From NCBI GenBank assembly GCA_902525595.1, contig CABZHO010000001.1, positions 1,096-65,095 of the forward strand: DNA of 64,000 nucleotides, given 5' to 3'. This DNA is from an uncultured Pelagibacteraceae bacterium. Its GTDB lineage: Bacteria > Pseudomonadota > Alphaproteobacteria > Pelagibacterales > AG-422-B15. Both the position numbers and the translations under genes were made by a program. Shown one piece after another: positions 40,828 to 50,928 of the stretch. A model generated the notes under the pieces. It worked only from the letters and a program-made list of their open reading frames with translations. It searched no databases and was not told the origin of the DNA. Each line of letters starts with the position of its first letter. Position 1 is the first letter of the stretch.

Positions 40828-41145
40828 ATGAAATTTAAATTTTATAGCATTCTAGGTATATTTTTTTTAAGCCTAGGTTTTGCATTTGCAGGCGGATTAG
40901 ATGAAGATCCTAACGAATCAAAAGATTATGACGGCGTAGAATTAACAACAAGAGAGGACATTGCAGACTTTCAAGATGAGCAAGAAAAGCTTTATGAAAA
41001 AGTAGACGAAATACTTAGTGCTCAGGGTAATAATTGTAACGGTGAAGATAATGTCGTTAAGTGGTCTGGTGGATGTGTAACTTGGTCAGGTGGTTATCAA
41101 CAAGATGGAGTAATAAGTGATAATTTCGTTAGATATGGGTCATAA
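40828..41145 (+). CDS. Hypothetical small secreted acidic protein
   Basis: AAGGAG RBS; signal peptide ending AFA; one Cys pair. Confidence 0.7.
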   Translation: MKFKFYSILGIFFLSLGFAFAGGLDEDPNESKDYDGVELTTREDIADFQDEQEKLYEKVDEILSAQGNNCNGEDNVVKWSGGCVTWSGGYQQDGVISDNFVRYGS

Positions 41146-41157
41146 AATATCAGTCCA

Positions 41158-41643
41158 ATGAAAAAAATATTTTGCACTATTATAGTTATATTGTTTTGCG
41201 GAATTAACTTGCAGGCCGATGAAAAAAATATGTGGTCTTACTCTATAGGGCAATTTGATGTAAATGATACGGTCGACTCATTTGAATTAAGAGCTGAATA
41301 CTTATATTCTTATAATATTTTCCAAAATAATTATCAGTTAAAACCATTTTTAGGCGTTATGAGAAACGGAGATGATGGAACATATTTATATTCAGGACTA
41401 AGAAGAGACAGTAAAATTTCAAAAAAATGGTATTTCACACCAAGTTTTGCTGCTGGTTACTATGACAGAGGTGATAGTAAAGATCTAGGCCATAATTTAC
41501 AATTCCGAAGTCAAATTGAGTTCTCTTATGAGCTTGGATCAAGCCGTATCGGATTTAATTTAAACCATATTTCTAATGCCAGTATAGGGGATACAAACCC
41601 AGGAACAGAAAGTGCAACGATTTCTCTAATTAGGTCTTTTTAA
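41158..41643 (+). CDS. pagL: Lipid A 3-O-deacylase PagL / acyloxyacyl hydrolase family outer-membrane protein
   Basis: Signal peptide; DLG..LQFRS; HISNA catalytic motif; NPG.E; terminal Phe. Confidence 0.82.
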   Translation: MKKIFCTIIVILFCGINLQADEKNMWSYSIGQFDVNDTVDSFELRAEYLYSYNIFQNNYQLKPFLGVMRNGDDGTYLYSGLRRDSKISKKWYFTPSFAAGYYDRGDSKDLGHNLQFRSQIEFSYELGSSRIGFNLNHISNASIGDTNPGTESATISLIRSF

Positions 41644-42524
41644 ATCTCCACAAATTCTTTCGCAAATTTTTCAGAGTCAAAGTCTTTAATATCATCTAAC
41701 TTTTCTCCATCACCAATTGCTAATATAGGTATTTTGGTTTTATTTGTAATGGATACAAGTGTTCCACCTGACGCATTGGAATCAAATTTTGTCATAATTA
41801 TACCTGTTAGTTCTGTGAATTTATTAAATTCTTCTACTTGTTTAAGAGCATTTTGACCTGTAGTTGCATCAATCGATATAATAGACTCGTGGGGGTATTC
41901 ATCATCATGTTTCTTTAGCACTCGATTAATTTTTCCTAATTGATCCATTAAGTCACTTTTATTTTGAAGTCTTCCAGCTGTATCTATAATAATAACGTCA
42001 ATACCTTTGTTCTTTGCAAATCCAATAGATTCAAAAACTATACTTGCAGGATCAGACCCATCAGTTGTTCTTATAAATTCTGTTCCGATTCTATCAGACC
42101 ATTGATTTAATTGCTCCGCCGCAGCTGCCCTAAAAGTATCTGCTGCTACAAGCAAAACTTTTTTTTTGTTCTGTTGAAACCGATTAGCTAACTTAGCAAT
42201 TGTTGTTGTCTTTCCAGAACCGTTTACTCCTACCATTAATATTACGTAAGGATTATTATTTGATTCGTAGTTAATACATTTTGAATTAGTAAAAATAATT
42301 TCGTTTATAATTTCACTTAATAATTTCTGAATGACTGAAAGTGATGGGGTATCTGAAAATTTTAGATTGCTAAGTTTTGATGTTATTAATTCTGATGTTT
42401 CTAAATCAACATCTGAGGTTAAGAGTAAATCTTCAAAATCTTGTATTGTATTTTCATCAATCTTTTGATTGGCAAAAATTTTGGTAAGTCCTGTTTTTAA
42501 AGTTTTAAACAATGATATTTCCAA
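41640..42524 (-). CDS. ftsY: SRP receptor FtsY (NG domain only)
   Basis: GVNGSGKTTT, DTFRAAA, DTAGRLQ, DATTGQN motifs. Confidence 0.95.
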   Translation of the reverse strand: MEISLFKTLKTGLTKIFANQKIDENTIQDFEDLLLTSDVDLETSELITSKLSNLKFSDTPSLSVIQKLLSEIINEIIFTNSKCINYESNNNPYVILMVGVNGSGKTTTIAKLANRFQQNKKKVLLVAADTFRAAAAEQLNQWSDRIGTEFIRTTDGSDPASIVFESIGFAKNKGIDVIIIDTAGRLQNKSDLMDQLGKINRVLKKHDDEYPHESIISIDATTGQNALKQVEEFNKFTELTGIIMTKFDSNASGGTLVSITNKTKIPILAIGDGEKLDDIKDFDSEKFAKEFVEI

Positions 42525-43761
42525 CTAACCCTTCTTGACGTTTACCAGTGACATACATCCGCATTATCTTTCCAGTTTCAAAACTATCTTCCAAGTAAAC
42601 TTTTGCAAATGTATCTGATCTTCCCTGGTTTTGAGTTTCAACTATCAAGTTGATCTCTTTATTTCTAAGTTTATCGTAATGCTCTGATATTTTACGTTCC
42701 CCAATTTTCCTCAACATTTTTGCTCGTTTTTTGATAATTTCCCGATCTACCTGAGGCATTCTTGAAGCAGGCGTCCCTTCTCTTGGTGAGAATGGAAACA
42801 CATGTAAGAAAGTAATGTCACATTCGTCAATAAGTTTTACTGAATTCATAAACATTTCTTCAGTTTCCGTTGGGAATCCAGCAATTAAATCAGCTCCAAA
42901 AACGACATCCGGTCTCACAGCTCTGATATGGTTTATTGCATAAATTGCATCTTCTCTTAAATGCCTTCTTTTCATTCTTTTTAGAATCATGTTGTCCCCT
43001 GCTTGGAGTGATAAATGAATATGTGGCAAAAGCCTTTTTTCTTTGCCATATAGTTCAATTAATTCATCGTCGATTTCTGCAATATCCAGTGAAGATAGCC
43101 GAAGCCGTTTAAGATCTGGAACAGCTTTAAGAATAAGCTTGACCAATTTTGATAATGAAACTTTATCCTTTAGATCACTGCCATAACTTGTGAGGTCGAC
43201 ACCAGTTAAAACTATTTCTTTATAGTTTTTTTCTAGCAGCATTTTTACCTGTTCAACAATATTTGTTGGACTTACACTTCGTGAATTACCTCTGCCATAT
43301 GGAATAATGCAAAATGTACATCTATGGTCACAACCATTTTGAATTTGTACAAATCCTCTTATTCTATTTTTAACTTTTTCTATTATTGGCGATATAGCTT
43401 GTGCATTTTCAAAAATATCTCCCACTAAATTTACATTATGATTACTTTTTCTAATTGTTTTATAGGTAGACGACTCTAATTTCTCTTTATTGCCAATTAT
43501 CGAATCTACTTCTTTCATTTTTTCAAAATCTTGTTTATGAATTTGAGCAGCACAACCTGTAAGTATTAGTTGACTTTTTTTATTATCTTTCTTTATCTTT
43601 CTAATCTCATGTTTCAGATCAGAAATAGTCTTATTCGTTACAGCGCAGCTATTAATAAAGATATGGTCTTGTAGATTATTTTCATTAGCATATTTTCTTA
43701 TAACTTCAGACTCATAGAAATTAAGTCTACAGCCATAAGTTTTAATTTTTGGATCTTTCAT
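42505..43761 (-). CDS. mtaB: tRNA t6A methylthiotransferase MtaB
   Basis: TYGCRLNFYE; GCDHRCTFC radical SAM motif; dapF-mtaB-ftsY context. Confidence 0.92.
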   Translation of the reverse strand: MKDPKIKTYGCRLNFYESEVIRKYANENNLQDHIFINSCAVTNKTISDLKHEIRKIKKDNKKSQLILTGCAAQIHKQDFEKMKEVDSIIGNKEKLESSTYKTIRKSNHNVNLVGDIFENAQAISPIIEKVKNRIRGFVQIQNGCDHRCTFCIIPYGRGNSRSVSPTNIVEQVKMLLEKNYKEIVLTGVDLTSYGSDLKDKVSLSKLVKLILKAVPDLKRLRLSSLDIAEIDDELIELYGKEKRLLPHIHLSLQAGDNMILKRMKRRHLREDAIYAINHIRAVRPDVVFGADLIAGFPTETEEMFMNSVKLIDECDITFLHVFPFSPREGTPASRMPQVDREIIKKRAKMLRKIGERKISEHYDKLRNKEINLIVETQNQGRSDTFAKVYLEDSFETGKIMRMYVTGKRQEGLVGNIIV

Positions 43762-44128
43762 CTTTGATCTGATTTCTATTTTTTAAGTAAAGAAAAAACG
43801 CCAGTAATTCATATAAGATATGACTTAAATTGTATATCAGAGGTAATTTTACAAAACGATAAAGCCATTTATATCTTGGTAATTTTGACCATACCAATAA
43901 AAAAGCATCTATTCCCTCTAACAACTCTCCGTTATGCCTAGCGTGTAGCCGTCTTATCAATTGATTAGCTTTTTTTGAAGTCTCTTTTTCTGCTTCAGAA
44001 TTTTGAGTAACATCAATCCAATTAATTTCGTTATTAAGTTTCTTATAGTGATTAATTTCAAATCTGCAGATACTGCAAGAGTTGTTAAAGTAAACCTTAG
44101 TGTCTAATTCTGTATTTATTTTATTCAC
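43742..44128 (-). CDS. DCC family thiol-disulfide oxidoreductase (DUF393)
   Basis: YFNNSCSICRFEI motif; G.DAF...W. Confidence 0.85.
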   Translation of the reverse strand: MNKINTELDTKVYFNNSCSICRFEINHYKKLNNEINWIDVTQNSEAEKETSKKANQLIRRLHARHNGELLEGIDAFLLVWSKLPRYKWLYRFVKLPLIYNLSHILYELLAFFLYLKNRNQIKDERSKN

Positions 44129-44949
44129 AGCTTATATTTATCAGTAAAATTTATTTCAGTTGGTCCCGTCATTATAACATTACTATCTTTTTCATAATAT
44201 ATCTCTAAATCTCCTCCGGGCAATGTGACAGTTACGTTATTTTCCAGTATTCCAAGTTCAACTCCTGCTATTGTTGAAGCGCATGCTGCAGTTCCACACG
44301 CTTTAGTTATGCCTGCGCCTCTTTCCCATACATTTAATAATATATTATTTTTGTTAGCTAATTTTGCAAAACTGACATTTATTTTTTCAGGAAATAAATG
44401 ATTATTTTCAATGATTGGTCCAAAACTCTCAATATCATATTTTTCAATTTCATCGTCAAAGAAAATAATATGTGGATTTCCAATGTTAACCAAAAATGGT
44501 TTTTCTAAAATAAGATTGTCTAAAGAAAATTTCATATCCATCAAATTAACATCTTTAATCAAAGGAATGTCCCTCCATTTAAATTTAGGATAACCCATAT
44601 TTATACTTACAACTTCATCATCAATTTTCTTACATTTAATTGTTCTTTCGCGTGTGATCAAATCTATTGATTTAAGTTCACTGTCTTTCATTAAAAAATT
44701 TGCAACACAACGTGCACCATTTCCGCACGCGTTTATTTCCCCACCATCAGAATTATAAAATATAATTAATGGACTGCTCTTAATCTTAGACTTTCTTATT
44801 AATATTAATTGGTCGCAGCCAATTCCATTTTCTCTGTGGCAAATCAATCTTATTTGGTCATCGGTAAAATTAAATTCAAAATTTCTTTGATCAATGACAA
44901 CAAAATCATTTCCTAATCCATTCATTTTAATAAATTCAAACTCAACCAT
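44125..44949 (-). CDS. dapF: Diaminopimelate epimerase
   Basis: KMNGLGNDF, CGNGARC, GNPH, ERGAG.T.ACGT motifs; ATG 44949 preferred. Confidence 0.96.
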   Translation of the reverse strand: MVEFEFIKMNGLGNDFVVIDQRNFEFNFTDDQIRLICHRENGIGCDQLILIRKSKIKSSPLIIFYNSDGGEINACGNGARCVANFLMKDSELKSIDLITRERTIKCKKIDDEVVSINMGYPKFKWRDIPLIKDVNLMDMKFSLDNLILEKPFLVNIGNPHIIFFDDEIEKYDIESFGPIIENNHLFPEKINVSFAKLANKNNILLNVWERGAGITKACGTAACASTIAGVELGILENNVTVTLPGGDLEIYYEKDSNVIMTGPTEINFTDKYKL

Positions 44950-45007
44950 AAACACTTTATATTGAGCCAAATTTGTTTTTTCCAGCAAATAACAAACTAA
45001 TTCAAAC

Positions 45008-45036
45008 TTGACATTAAATCGTTGAAGTAATAAAAA
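45008..45036 (+). promoter_or_regulatory. Candidate sigma-70 promoter for ffh leader/operon
   Basis: Perfect TTGACA at 45008-45013, 17-nt spacer, then TAAAAA (imperfect -10). Confidence 0.5.
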
Positions 45037-45087
45037 AATCCTGTTTTCCGTCAGAAATATTATTTCTGCGGTGCCAATTTTAAAGGT

Positions 45088-45135
45088 ATCGACACCAGTC
45101 AGCGAGTTTCGCCCACTGGTGCAATACCAGCTGAA
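45088..45135 (+). ncRNA. ffh leader RNA motif (alphaproteobacterial)
   Basis: CACCAGT (45093-45099) / ACTGGTG (45115-45121) stem with inner GCGA/TCGC helix, followed by ACCAGC just upstream of ffh; matches the position of the known ffh motif. Confidence 0.7.
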
Positions 45136-45147
45136 AGAGAATTTATA

Positions 45148-46530
45148 GTGTTTGAGAGTCTGAGCAATCGGTTTGATGAAATTTTTAAGGGTCTGAAAAA
45201 GACAGGGTCTATAGATGAGTCTTCCTTAGATATTGCCATGAGAGACATTAGACGTGCTCTTTTAGAGGCGGATGTTGCTCTACCTGTAGCAAAACAATTT
45301 ATTGAAGAAGTAAGAAAAGAAGCTATCGGAAAAGAAATTATTCGATCGATAACTCCTGCTCAAATGATAACAAAAATTGTAAATGATCAGCTAATTAAAA
45401 TTTTAGGGCCAGCTGATAGCGAATTTAACATAAATAAAAATGAAATATCTTCTTATTTATTTGTTGGTCTTCAAGGCTCAGGTAAAACTACTACAGTTGG
45501 TAAAGTTGGAAATTACCTTAAAAATAATTTTGATAAAAATATTCTTTTTGTTTCATTAGATACATCAAGGCCAGCAGCTTTTGATCAATTAAAAAAACTC
45601 TCAGAAATAGTTAGCGTAAGAATTTTACCTAAAATTGAAAATCAAATACCAGTTGATATTGTCACTAGGGCAAAACAATTTGCTCAATTAAATGAAATTG
45701 ATTGCATTTTATATGATACAGCAGGACGAATGAATATTGAAGAAAACCTGATGAGTGAATTGAGCTTACTAGAAAAAGAAATTCATCCCTTAGAAACATT
45801 GCTTGTTTTAGACAGTTTAACTGGTCAAGAAGCCGTTAATGTGGCTCGTGATTTTTCAAATACTATAAGTATTTCAGGTTCAATACTCACAAGAATTGAT
45901 GGAGACTCCCGAGGTGGTGCTGCACTGAGTATGAAGTATGCAACACCTTGCCCAATAAAATTTATGGGTATCGGTGAACAAATTGAAGACCTTGAAAAAT
46001 TCTACCCCGAGCGAATTGCCAATCGTATACTTGGTATGGGAGATATTGTTTCCTTAGTTGAAAAAGCTACTGAAACAGTTGATCAAGAAGATGCTGAGAG
46101 GATGGCTAAAAAAATACAAAAAGGTGAGTTTGATCTTGATGACTTACTGAGTCAAATTAGGCAAATGAAAAAAATGGGAGGTATTTCTGGAATGATGAAG
46201 TTTATTCCTGGTCTTGGTAATCTGACAAATAAGATATCACAAAATTCAAACCCAGATAACTCAATGGCTCAACAAGAAGCGATTATTCTCTCAATGACTA
46301 AATACGAGAGAAGTAGACCAAAAATAATTAATGGCTCAAGAAAAAAGAGAATAGCAGCAGGTTCGGGAACGTCTATATCAGAAATAAATAAAATTCTTAA
46401 GCAACATAGAAAGATGTCAGACATGATGAAAAAACTATCCAAAAAAGGGGCAGGATCAATTGATCCTAATATATTAGCAAGTCAGCTTGGAGGAGGTATC
46501 CCGAGCAATTTTTTAAAAAATAAATTTTAA
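45148..46530 (+). CDS. ffh: Signal recognition particle protein
   Basis: ALLEADV, GLQGSGKTTT, DTAGR, RILGMGD motifs; Met-rich M domain. Confidence 0.97.
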   Translation: MFESLSNRFDEIFKGLKKTGSIDESSLDIAMRDIRRALLEADVALPVAKQFIEEVRKEAIGKEIIRSITPAQMITKIVNDQLIKILGPADSEFNINKNEISSYLFVGLQGSGKTTTVGKVGNYLKNNFDKNILFVSLDTSRPAAFDQLKKLSEIVSVRILPKIENQIPVDIVTRAKQFAQLNEIDCILYDTAGRMNIEENLMSELSLLEKEIHPLETLLVLDSLTGQEAVNVARDFSNTISISGSILTRIDGDSRGGAALSMKYATPCPIKFMGIGEQIEDLEKFYPERIANRILGMGDIVSLVEKATETVDQEDAERMAKKIQKGEFDLDDLLSQIRQMKKMGGISGMMKFIPGLGNLTNKISQNSNPDNSMAQQEAIILSMTKYERSRPKIINGSRKKRIAAGSGTSISEINKILKQHRKMSDMMKKLSKKGAGSIDPNILASQLGGGIPSNFLKNKF

Positions 46531-46549
46531 ATAATAGAAGGAGAAAACA

Positions 46550-47017
46550 ATGGCGTTAAAAATTAGATTATCAAGAGCAGGTTCTAAGAAAAGACCTGTT
46601 TACAGAGTTGTCGTCGCTGATTCAAGAAGCCCACGTGATGGAAAATTTATTGAAAAAGTAGGGCTATATAACCCGCTTTTGCAAAAAGATAATAAGGATC
46701 GGGTACAATTAAACTCAGAATCAATAAAAGAATGGATTGCAAAAGGAGCTAAGCCAACAGATAAGGTAGCAAAATTTTTAGGAGAAGCTGGTATAATACC
46801 AATGCCAGCATTAGCAAATAATCCAAAAAAAGCACTACCAAAAAAGAAGGCCCAGGAGAGACTTGCGGCAGCAGAGGAAGCAAAGAATGAGTCTGCTTCA
46901 CCCAATACTGAAACTCCAGCAGAAGAAGCTCCAGCAGAAGAAACTCCAGCAGAAGAAGCTCCAGCAGACGAAACTCCAGCAGAAGAAGCTCCAAAAGAAG
47001 AGGAGAAAAAAGACTAA
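46550..47017 (+). CDS. rpsP: 30S ribosomal protein S16 with acidic C-terminal tail
   Basis: [21 protein letters not shown] motifs. Confidence 0.97.
   Translation: MALKIRLSRAGSKKRPVYRVVVADSRSPRDGKFIEKVGLYNPLLQKDNKDRVQLNSESIKEWIAKGAKPTDKVAKFLGEAGIIPMPALANNPKKALPKKKAQERLAAAEEAKNESASPNTETPAEEAPAEETPAEEAPADETPAEEAPKEEEKKD
46910..46999 (+). repeat. Tandem coding repeat, 6 x 15 bp (3 x 30 bp), encoding (E-T/A-P-A-E)n
   Basis: GAAACTCCAGCAGAA alternates with GAAGCTCCAGCAGAA, with few substitutions. Confidence 0.95.
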
Positions 47018-47028
47018 TCCTATTATTT

Positions 47029-47535
47029 ATGTCCCAATTAGTAGTTATTGGAGAAGTAAGAGCAGTTCATGGTTTGAAGGGTCATTTCAAAATCACATCA
47101 TATACACAGACGCCAGATGATTTTTTTAGATTTGGTTCATATAGACTGGGCAAAGACTATGCAAATATTTCTTTTAAAAAAATTAAGGATTTGAAAACAG
47201 GATTTGTTGTTAGTTGTGATCAAATTAATACTAGAGCGCTGGCTGAAAAAATTGTAGGTCTGACGATTGAAATAGATCAATCATGCTTACCTCAAATAAA
47301 TAAGTTAAATCAATTTTATTATCATCAATTAATTAATTTAATTATTAAGACAGAAGATGGAAAAAATATCGGTAAAGTAATATCAGTTCAAAATTTTGGC
47401 TCATCGGATTTGCTTGAGATTAGAAAAAAAAATAGAAAAGATTTTTTTATCCCGATAAGTGATAGTACAGTAAAAAAAGTTGATCTTAATAAAAAAATTA
47501 TAATTGTAAAAAATATTAACAATTACGTAGTTTAG
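47029..47535 (+). CDS. rimM: Ribosome maturation factor RimM
   Basis: HGLKG, FYYHQLI, NFGSSDLLEI motifs; rpsP-rimM-trmD order. Confidence 0.92.
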   Translation: MSQLVVIGEVRAVHGLKGHFKITSYTQTPDDFFRFGSYRLGKDYANISFKKIKDLKTGFVVSCDQINTRALAEKIVGLTIEIDQSCLPQINKLNQFYYHQLINLIIKTEDGKNIGKVISVQNFGSSDLLEIRKKNRKDFFIPISDSTVKKVDLNKKIIIVKNINNYVV

Positions 47536-47537
47536 AT

Positions 47538-48254
47538 ATGTACCGTGTAAAAATAATTACAGTTTTTCCAGATAGCTTTCCTGGTACATTAAATACTGGA
47601 GTTGTAGGAAAAGCATTGAAAAACAAAATATGGTCACTAAAGACAATTAATCCAAGAAAATTTGCAAAGGGAAACTATAAAAAAGTTGATGATACAACAG
47701 CGGGTGGTGGTCCTGGTATGCTATTGAAAGCAGATGTTATCGGCAAATCGATAGATGCTTGTTATAAGAATATTAAATCTAATGAAAATTATCCATTGGT
47801 CTATCTAAGTCCTCGTGGGATTCCATTAAAGCAAAGTAAAGTTATAAATTTATCTAAGATGAAAGGAATAAATATCCTTTGTGGTAGATATGAAGGTATT
47901 GATCAACGCTTACTTGATTTTTATCCTATTGAGGAAGTAAGCATTGGAGATTATGTTTTGGCGGGTGGAGAAATTGCGTCTCAAGTCTTGGTTGAGTCAA
48001 TTGTAAGACTCCTTCCAGGAACGTTAGGTGATATTGAGTCAACTACTTCAGAGACATTTTCTCAGGATCTTCTTGAATACCCTCAGTACACAAGGCCTAA
48101 AAAGTGGAAAAATATTGCTATTCCAGAGGTATTACTTTCTGGAAATCATGAAAATATTAATAAGTGGCGCTTGAAACAATCTGAAATACTTACACAAAAA
48201 GTAAGACCAGATTTATGGAAAAACTACAAAAAAAGCAAGACAAGCAAGAAATAA
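47538..48254 (+). CDS. trmD: tRNA (guanine-N1)-methyltransferase
   Basis: VDD...GGGPGM, CGRYEGIDQR, SIGDYVL.GGE, LEYPQYTRP motifs. Confidence 0.97.
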   Translation: MYRVKIITVFPDSFPGTLNTGVVGKALKNKIWSLKTINPRKFAKGNYKKVDDTTAGGGPGMLLKADVIGKSIDACYKNIKSNENYPLVYLSPRGIPLKQSKVINLSKMKGINILCGRYEGIDQRLLDFYPIEEVSIGDYVLAGGEIASQVLVESIVRLLPGTLGDIESTTSETFSQDLLEYPQYTRPKKWKNIAIPEVLLSGNHENINKWRLKQSEILTQKVRPDLWKNYKKSKTSKK

Positions 48255-48281
48255 AGTATTAAAACACGGTGCGAGGCAACC

Positions 48282-48863
48282 ATGAACATCATAGAACAAT
48301 TTGAAAAAGACCAAATAAAGTCATTAGTAAAAGGTAAGAAAATACCGCAATTCCATCCTGGCGACACTGTCAGGGTTAATGTAAAAGTTCGTGAAGGTAC
48401 ACGTGAAAGAATACAAGCATTTGAAGGCGTTTGCATTAGAAAAAAAAATAGAGGTCTAAGTTCATCATTTACTGTTAGAAAAATATCCTTTGGTGAAGGT
48501 GTGGAGAGAGTATTTCCAATATTCAGTCCATCCATTGACTCGATTTCTATTGTTCGAAGTGGTCAAGTCAGAAGAGCGAAGCTTTACTATCTAAGAGACT
48601 TAACTGGTAAGAAGGCAAGAATCGTTGAGCGAATTAGAAAAAAACAACCTGATCTTGCAAGTTTATATATTGATGAAAGCGAAGAAATTGAAGCAGATGA
48701 GATTTTAGCATCTGAGGAGGTTTCGCAAGAAGAAAATAATGAGATATCAGCTGATGCAAGTAGTGTTGAAGCAGAAGCTGAAGTTGCTCCTGAGCCTACT
48801 GAGGAAAAAGGTCCTGAAGATAATGCTAAAATTTCTGAAGATTCAGAAACCGCAAAAGAATAA
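48282..48863 (+). CDS. rplS: 50S ribosomal protein L19 with acidic C-terminal extension
   Basis: [33 protein letters not shown] motifs. Confidence 0.97.
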   Translation: MNIIEQFEKDQIKSLVKGKKIPQFHPGDTVRVNVKVREGTRERIQAFEGVCIRKKNRGLSSSFTVRKISFGEGVERVFPIFSPSIDSISIVRSGQVRRAKLYYLRDLTGKKARIVERIRKKQPDLASLYIDESEEIEADEILASEEVSQEENNEISADASSVEAEAEVAPEPTEEKGPEDNAKISEDSETAKE

Positions 48864-48898
48864 CCAATTCTTTTTCTCTTTAATTAGCTGAGTATATT

Positions 48899-50302
48899 AT
48901 GAGTGCGCCAAAGACATTATATGACAAAATATGGAACGAACACCTAGTAACTAACAACGATGATGGTACTTCAATTATCTATATTGATCGACACCTAGTC
49001 CATGAGGTTACTAGTCCCCAAGCTTTTGAAGGTTTAAAAATTACTAATAGGTCCGTCAGAAAACCTAATTTTACTTTAGCAACTGCTGATCACAATATAC
49101 CTACTACAAACAGAGATGCGGGAATTTCAGATCCTGAGTCTAAATTACAAGTAGATACGCTGGAAGAAAATTGCAAGGAGCACGGTATTACATTCTTATC
49201 AATGTCTGACAAAAGGCAAGGAATAGTTCATATTATTGGTCCAGAGCAAGGGTTTACTCAGCCAGGAATGACTATTGTATGTGGGGACAGCCATACTTCA
49301 ACTCATGGTGCTTTTGGGGCACTTGCATGGGGTATTGGAACATCAGAAGTGGAACACGTATTAGCAACGCAAACATTAGTGCAAACAAAAGCAAAGAATA
49401 TGCAAATCAATATTAGGGGTGAGCTACCAATCGGTGTTACAGCTAAAGATATTGTTCTAAAAATAATTCAGACGATTGGAACAGCGGGCGGCACAGGGTA
49501 TGTAATTGAGTATACTGGTGAAGCAATCGAGTCTCTGACTATGGAGGGAAGAATGACTGTTTGTAACATGTCTATTGAGGCAGGTGCTAGGGCAGGTCTC
49601 ATCAGTCCCGATGAAAAAACAATTGAATATTTAGAAGGAAAACCATTTTCCCCATCAGAAAATGAATACAAATTCGCATCAGATTATTGGTTATCATTAG
49701 CTTCAGATCATGGAGCAGCTTATGACAAAGTTATTGATATTGATGCGAGCGATATAATTCCCCAAGTAACATGGGGTACTAGTCCTGAGGATGTTGTTTC
49801 AATTGATGGTTTGGTTCCAAACCCAGAAGACGAAAGAGATGACAGTAAGAAAAAGTCAATGATAAGAGCTTTGGAGTATATGGGTCTTTCGCCCAATACC
49901 CCACTAAAAGAAGTAAAAATTGATAGAGTATTTATTGGGTCGTGCACTAACGGACGAATAGAAGATTTAAGAGCAGCATCTGAAATTGCTAGAAACAGAA
50001 AAGTAGCAGACCATGTAAATGCAATTATTGTGCCAGGTTCAGGGTTAGTAAAAGAACAGGCGGAACGAGAAGGTCTTGACAAAATATTTATTGAATCAGG
50101 TTTTGAGTGGAGAGAACCAGGATGTTCAATGTGCCTTGCTATGAATGCTGATAAACTTAAGCCTCAGGAACGATGTGCATCAACTTCAAATAGAAACTTC
50201 GAGGGAAGACAAGGAAGAGGTGGAAGAACACATTTAATGAGTCCTGCTATGGCAGCGGCAGCGGCTATTAATGGAAGATTATCAGATTGTAGGGAAATAT
50301 AA
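48899..50302 (+). CDS. leuC: 3-isopropylmalate dehydratase large subunit
   Basis: [36 protein letters not shown] motifs. Confidence 0.98.
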   Translation: MSAPKTLYDKIWNEHLVTNNDDGTSIIYIDRHLVHEVTSPQAFEGLKITNRSVRKPNFTLATADHNIPTTNRDAGISDPESKLQVDTLEENCKEHGITFLSMSDKRQGIVHIIGPEQGFTQPGMTIVCGDSHTSTHGAFGALAWGIGTSEVEHVLATQTLVQTKAKNMQINIRGELPIGVTAKDIVLKIIQTIGTAGGTGYVIEYTGEAIESLTMEGRMTVCNMSIEAGARAGLISPDEKTIEYLEGKPFSPSENEYKFASDYWLSLASDHGAAYDKVIDIDASDIIPQVTWGTSPEDVVSIDGLVPNPEDERDDSKKKSMIRALEYMGLSPNTPLKEVKIDRVFIGSCTNGRIEDLRAASEIARNRKVADHVNAIIVPGSGLVKEQAEREGLDKIFIESGFEWREPGCSMCLAMNADKLKPQERCASTSNRNFEGRQGRGGRTHLMSPAMAAAAAINGRLSDCREI

Positions 50303-50928
50303 TGGAAGAGTTTAAAAAAATAACTAGTAACGCAATTCCTCTACCGATGGTTAATGTCGATACAGATATGATAATTCCTAAACAATTTCTTAAAACAATA
50401 AAAAGAACGGGTTTAGGTAAAAACTTATTTTATGAATTAAGATATGACGAAAAAGATGTTCCAATTGACTCCTTTGTTCTCAATCAAGATAAATATAAAG
50501 AGTCAAAAATTTTAATTACTGGAAAAAATTTTGGGTGCGGATCATCTCGAGAACACGCTCCATGGTCAATACTGGACTATGGAATAAAATGTATAATTGC
50601 CTCAAGTTTTGCCGATATTTTTTATAACAATTGTTTCAAAAATGGCATCCTACCAATTAAATTAGATGAGACAGAAGTTAGTAAATTACAAAAAGCTGCT
50701 GAAAATAGCCTTAGTTTTACAATTGACTTAGAAAACCAAAAAATATCTTATATTGAAGATAATAAAAATCATGAGATAAATTTTGATTTAGACAAAGCCA
50801 AAAAAACCAGTTTGTTAGAGGGTTTAGATGATATTGGATTGACACTCGCTAAAGTTAATCATATTTCCGACTTTGAAAATAGACAGGAATCTAAAACTCC
50901 TTGGTTATATAGTCAGAAAATAAAATGA
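50302..50928 (+). CDS. leuD: 3-isopropylmalate dehydratase small subunit
   Basis: [13 protein letters not shown] and [13 protein letters not shown] motifs. Confidence 0.97.
   Translation: MEEFKKITSNAIPLPMVNVDTDMIIPKQFLKTIKRTGLGKNLFYELRYDEKDVPIDSFVLNQDKYKESKILITGKNFGCGSSREHAPWSILDYGIKCIIASSFADIFYNNCFKNGILPIKLDETEVSKLQKAAENSLSFTIDLENQKISYIEDNKNHEINFDLDKAKKTSLLEGLDDIGLTLAKVNHISDFENRQESKTPWLYSQKIK

Noticed and set aside
46910-46999. Repeat array as a possible CRISPR
   Set aside because: Contiguous in-frame repeats with no spacers and no cas genes
46749-47120. Track ORFs with LLLLE and QQKKL repeats (46749..46994 -, 46863..47120 +)
   Set aside because: Alternative-frame readings of the 15-bp repeat in rpsP; not independent genes
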